DNA of 64,000 nucleotides from Vicugna vicugna (Eukaryota). The stretch spans positions 7,213,694-7,277,693 of the forward strand of contig MU063673.1 of assembly GCA_013265495.1 (NCBI GenBank), given 5' to 3'. This document shows, in pieces, positions 59,991 through 64,000 of this stretch (positions are counted from its first letter, which is position 1; the number at the start of each line of letters is the position of its first letter). Position numbers and translations under genes: made by a program. Below the pieces are notes generated by a model. It saw nothing but the letters and a program-made list of their open reading frames with translations, was not told the origin of the DNA and did no database searches.

Positions 59991-60983
59991 AGTACATAAA
60001 GTCTCCCAAGTCCCTTGAAATTAGGACAGTAAGGACCACAAGGTAGCAGCGTTAAACATGGATCGCTAGTCCGGCGGTCAGCTGGCCTGGTTCCCGAGAG
60101 GAGAATATGGAAATCTATGACTCGTGACTCAGTGATTTGGACATTCTCCGTCCTCCCCACTTGCTTAAATGCCACCATTGACTAACACACTGGGAACTTA
60201 AGGCGGAGAGTGAACATCCTTCATCAGAGACTCGCCGGCCTACACATATTCAACCCCACAGCATGCGGGTCCCAAGAGAATCCTGGGTGAATCCTACTGC
60301 GATTTACACTGATACACGTGGGCGACAAGCAGCACAGAACAATCACCTCCTCAGATTAAAAGAACTTTGTGTCATCTAGGGGGCCACATGAGGGGCCCCA
60401 GGAGGCACGGCCATTCCATCACCGTGCAGACTATTTCAGAATCCTTTTGCATTAATAAAGGCATATTGTCTCAGAGGTCACTAGGCCACATGCTGAGATG
60501 CAAAACAACTAGCAAGGCCAGCACAGAGTAGGTACACACATTTTTGTAGACTGAAGGAGGAATCAAATCAAGGGATCAAAATGACTTGAAATCCAGCACG
60601 GAGTTAACCTGCCATCTATTGCTTAACTAGCTCGCACACTAGAACAAGCCCTTCTGGCAAAATGTTCAGCCATGTTGCGTACATGTAATCCGGGAAGCAA
60701 ACATTTACCGTGGGCAAAACTAAGTCAGAAGATGACACTTACTGCAGTATCAGAAAAGAAAGAGATGCACCTCCCTTCTCCTCCTCCCATTCACTCTTCC
60801 AAGGAGCACTCCCCTGTGCCCAGGTGTCAAGGTCTTCGCTAGGTGCTAGGAGTCCAGGATGAACAAAGCCACGGCCCATCATCACAGTTTAGAGGGGAAG
60901 ACAGAAACGAAACCAAAACAGACAAACAAACTGCCCTGCAGGGTGAGCACTACACAGACTAAAGCACAAAGCATTGAGGCCAC

Positions 60984-61100
60984 CTGCTCAGAGAGGTTGA
61001 AGGCCATGAGGTCATTTTCAAGTACCTGGCTGTCCTCGGTCCTCTCCAACTGCTCCAGTTCAAAGCTTGGCTGAGACACTGGATATTTGAGAAAGTCAGC
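60984..61100 (-). CDS. Candidate 117-nt internal coding exon, ADFLKYPVSQPSFELEQLERTEDSQVLENDLMAFNLSEQ; product unknown
   Basis: TTCTGTAG| acceptor (TAG is an in-frame stop just upstream) and CAG|GTGGCC donor; phase 0-0; protein-like acidic composition; not in a recognised repeat. Splice sites only moderate. Confidence 0.35.
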
Positions 61101-62477
61101 CTACAGAACATGTTAACCATTCATTCCTCTAGGTTTGCTGAGCTCTATTTCTGCCCTGGGGACAGCGTTCAGAATCTCCACTGCTGGGCCGTGGTAGCTC
61201 AGGCCCCTAAAGGTAAAGTCCCACTGGGTGACATTCCATTATTATGCCTTCTGCCTTTTTCTTCCTCAAGGGTTGGTAACACTTGACTGTCTTCTGTAGA
61301 AATGAAGTTCAAGTATTGGCCATTATATGATTTGACATTTCATAGGAGTATATACTAGTTGCCAGGCACCATTGCAAGCTCTCTACAAATGTTACCTGAT
61401 TTATCCTACAACTTCAATGCACACCTGCCACCTCCAGTCCCCCTTTTTTTCTGTTAACTTGGCTACTGAGAAGCTCAGAGCTAAATTAGATCCTGAAAAG
61501 CAATAAGCACTTATGACTTCAGTTAGATTATCTTTACTCCTCCGTAAGATTTTAGTCTTTCTTCCTTTCCCATTTTTACCAGTTTCATCACTTTGTGGGA
61601 TTTTTCCTATGCATTTAACTGAGACACATTTCTGGAAGTCAATACTCTCTAAACAAAACCAAATTACCACAATCATCAATTGTAATTTCCTTTTCATCTC
61701 AATTGCCAAAAGCGATTCCATGAATAGCTAATTTGAAGATGACCCCTGGTGTATTCTCACCCCGGTTGCTTGAAAACTCAGACAGTGCAGTATTTCCCAC
61801 AAGCCTCTGGTTCAGAATCTGTTTATAAATGTGCAGGAAGGGAAAGGGGGGAGTGGTTGAATGACTTAAGTTACACACGGGGTAACCACCAGCTTATTTC
61901 CTAAGCTACTACCAAGGGATATTTCTATCTTGCATCGGGTCCCCACAGTTTCATCTTGCACCTTCCCCAACGGCCACTTCTGTCGACCAGCTATACTACC
62001 CCACGCCCTTGGTCCCCTCAGGGCTGCCAAGGCCAGAGGCACTGCCAGAACCTGCTGAGTGAGAAGGCATTGCTGTCATCCAGTGATGTCTGTTGCCTGG
62101 AATTTCACTCTCAGCACTGACAATGCCTCTGGAACTCACAAAGATTCTGCTGAAACCCAGAGAGTTGAAGGTCAATGTCTTTAGGGATTCAAGGTAAATC
62201 AAGGTAACACGTAAGACAAACAGCTGCTGAGGCTTTCCATGTACTCAAGGCAAATGTCCCCAGGAAGAAACTGCAGAATAACTCTGCACGGTCACTACAT
62301 AAAATGGGACTAGCTTTCATATTAAAAAAAAGAAAAGAAAGGAGAGAGAGATAACAAGTGAACCCTATATACATGGCACACACATCTACGACACAGGTGC
62401 AGATCTTGGCAATCCCAATGGGTACCCACTTAGTTGTATAGTCAGGTATTTTTGGAAAAACAATGTTCGGGCACAAC

Positions 62478-62775
62478 TATTCATTTATTCAACAAATATT
62501 TACCCAGCACCTACTGTGTGCCAAGCACTGTTCAGGATGCTAGAGAATCAAGAGTGAACAAGGTAGTCAAGACTCTTTCTCACCGGCTCTGTATACAAGA
62601 CAGGGGAGACAGGTACTTAAGAAGCCATCAACTGAAATGAACAATTCAGATTGCAAGTAAGACCAAGGAAGGGGGAAACAAGGAAATGGAAAACAATGTG
62701 ATGGTTCTGAGAGGGAATGAGAGACTGCCTTTGCTCAAAAGGTCAGGGAAGCGCTTTTCAAAAGGTAACACATCA
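62478..62775 (-). mobile_element. L2a 3' end
   Basis: TTCATTTATTCAACAAATATTTACCCAGCACCTACTGTGTGCCAAGCACTG...GTGAACAAG. Confidence 0.9.
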
Positions 62776-64000
62776 TCTTACAATAAAATGACAAAAAGGA
62801 GCTCAAGAAACCAATCACCTTTGCTCTGATTTCCACCAAAAAGACAAGCTTACTAAAAAAAAGAAATGTGCAATCCCATTTCTGGCTCCACACACCCCAA
62901 GCTTCAAACAACTGCAAAAATCCCAGACAAGGAAAGGGACCCACAATCTTCTCTGCAATTAAGAAAATTTTAAGAAACTGCCTTCCCTCAAAGATGGTAC
63001 ATTAAAAGGAAGTTGTCTTAATTCTTCTCAATAGTAGAATTTGCTACACAGCATCTAAAAGGGGGGGAAATGGAATATTTATTTCTCTTTCAAAGTCAGT
63101 TATAAAACAATATGTTGATGTCGATAAAATTATGCCTTTGCATTGTAATGCCAACAGGAATTGCTTCATTAAAGAAATAGTCTGTGGCTATATTCAGTAT
63201 CATTTACTTGCACTTGCTGAGAAAGAAAGGCAAATCATATGTACTAGCTGATGATACCACTTCCGATATATAAGAAAACTTCGAAATTCTTTAAAAACAA
63301 GATTCTCATAGTATGTTTAACGTGCACAAACATTAAGTGGCTGTTCACCAGTGCCTTCTCCTCTCATACTCCAGACAAATCGCTTAGTATTGAATTTCTG
63401 TTAGAGTCAATTAAAACACTTAGCCAACTGGCATGAAAACTCCTGAAAACATCCCTTGATCAAAATAACTTTCATCAAAACACTTTTTTCTTTAAGGTTT
63501 CCTAGCCCCTATCTTGTTTCAGAATAAGAGAGTTTAACAGAAGTCAATGAGAAGGCAGAGTAGTCACCATGAATATTCAGAATGAATCATGGGATATTTT
63601 GACTAGAATGCAATTTATATTACCTTGTAATCTATTGCGTGCTATATATTATTGCAATGTAAATAAGCATAGTAAACTAAAAGGCGGCCAAATAATATAA
63701 AGATGTTGCCCCAAAGGTCTACGTTTATCAGTATTAGAAGTTGCTGTTTTCTGTTATTAATAACACTGTCCAAGGAATGCTTAATTTTTTGAACCTCATA
63801 ACAGGTCTTTAAAACTGACTAGCACCAGTAACACGCTAAGAGAAAGACTTCGTTTCATTTATTTACTGATTTTTCTTAGTGTTCGAATCATCACAAATTC
63901 TAAATGTGTGCTGAGAGGGGGAGGGTGGAGAGTCTGAGCTCCTATGTTCAGGTAAACTCTTTTTCTTTGACTTGCTTTACGAATTGTTATGCTTCGAGAC

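Noticed and set aside
1-64000. CRISPR arrays, rRNA, snRNA/snoRNA, NUMT, intact ERV or full-length L1, operon-like systems
   Set aside because: None seen; all transposon copies are truncated or degenerate

Overview
This is mammalian genomic DNA, very probably from a camelid (alpaca/vicuna/camel): six tRNA-Ala(AGC)-derived SINEs of the Vic-1 type and camelid/cetartiodactyl-type L1 3' ends are present. It is a draft scaffold with three N gaps (25559-25729, 32759-32900, 52724-52871). The window looks intronic or intergenic. It is AT-rich and dominated by retrotransposon and DNA-transposon fossils (L1, L2, L3/CR1, MIR, MLT1, LTR16/33-type, MER5/20/33/58). I found no complete protein-coding gene and could not name a host gene, and none of the listed ORFs is convincing as an intact gene. 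The best unexplained signals are: a few short minus-strand segments with splice signals and open phase-0 frames (60984-61100, 29616-29696, 3441-3503); a motif-dense promoter-like region at about 28.35-29.26 kb; a composite L1 block enclosed by a 19-bp target-site duplication (7338-8604); and CpG-rich patches inside ancient repeats. I see no evidence of a novel multi-gene system. Repeat subfamily names come from remembered consensus sequences and need RepeatMasker/Dfam confirmation.
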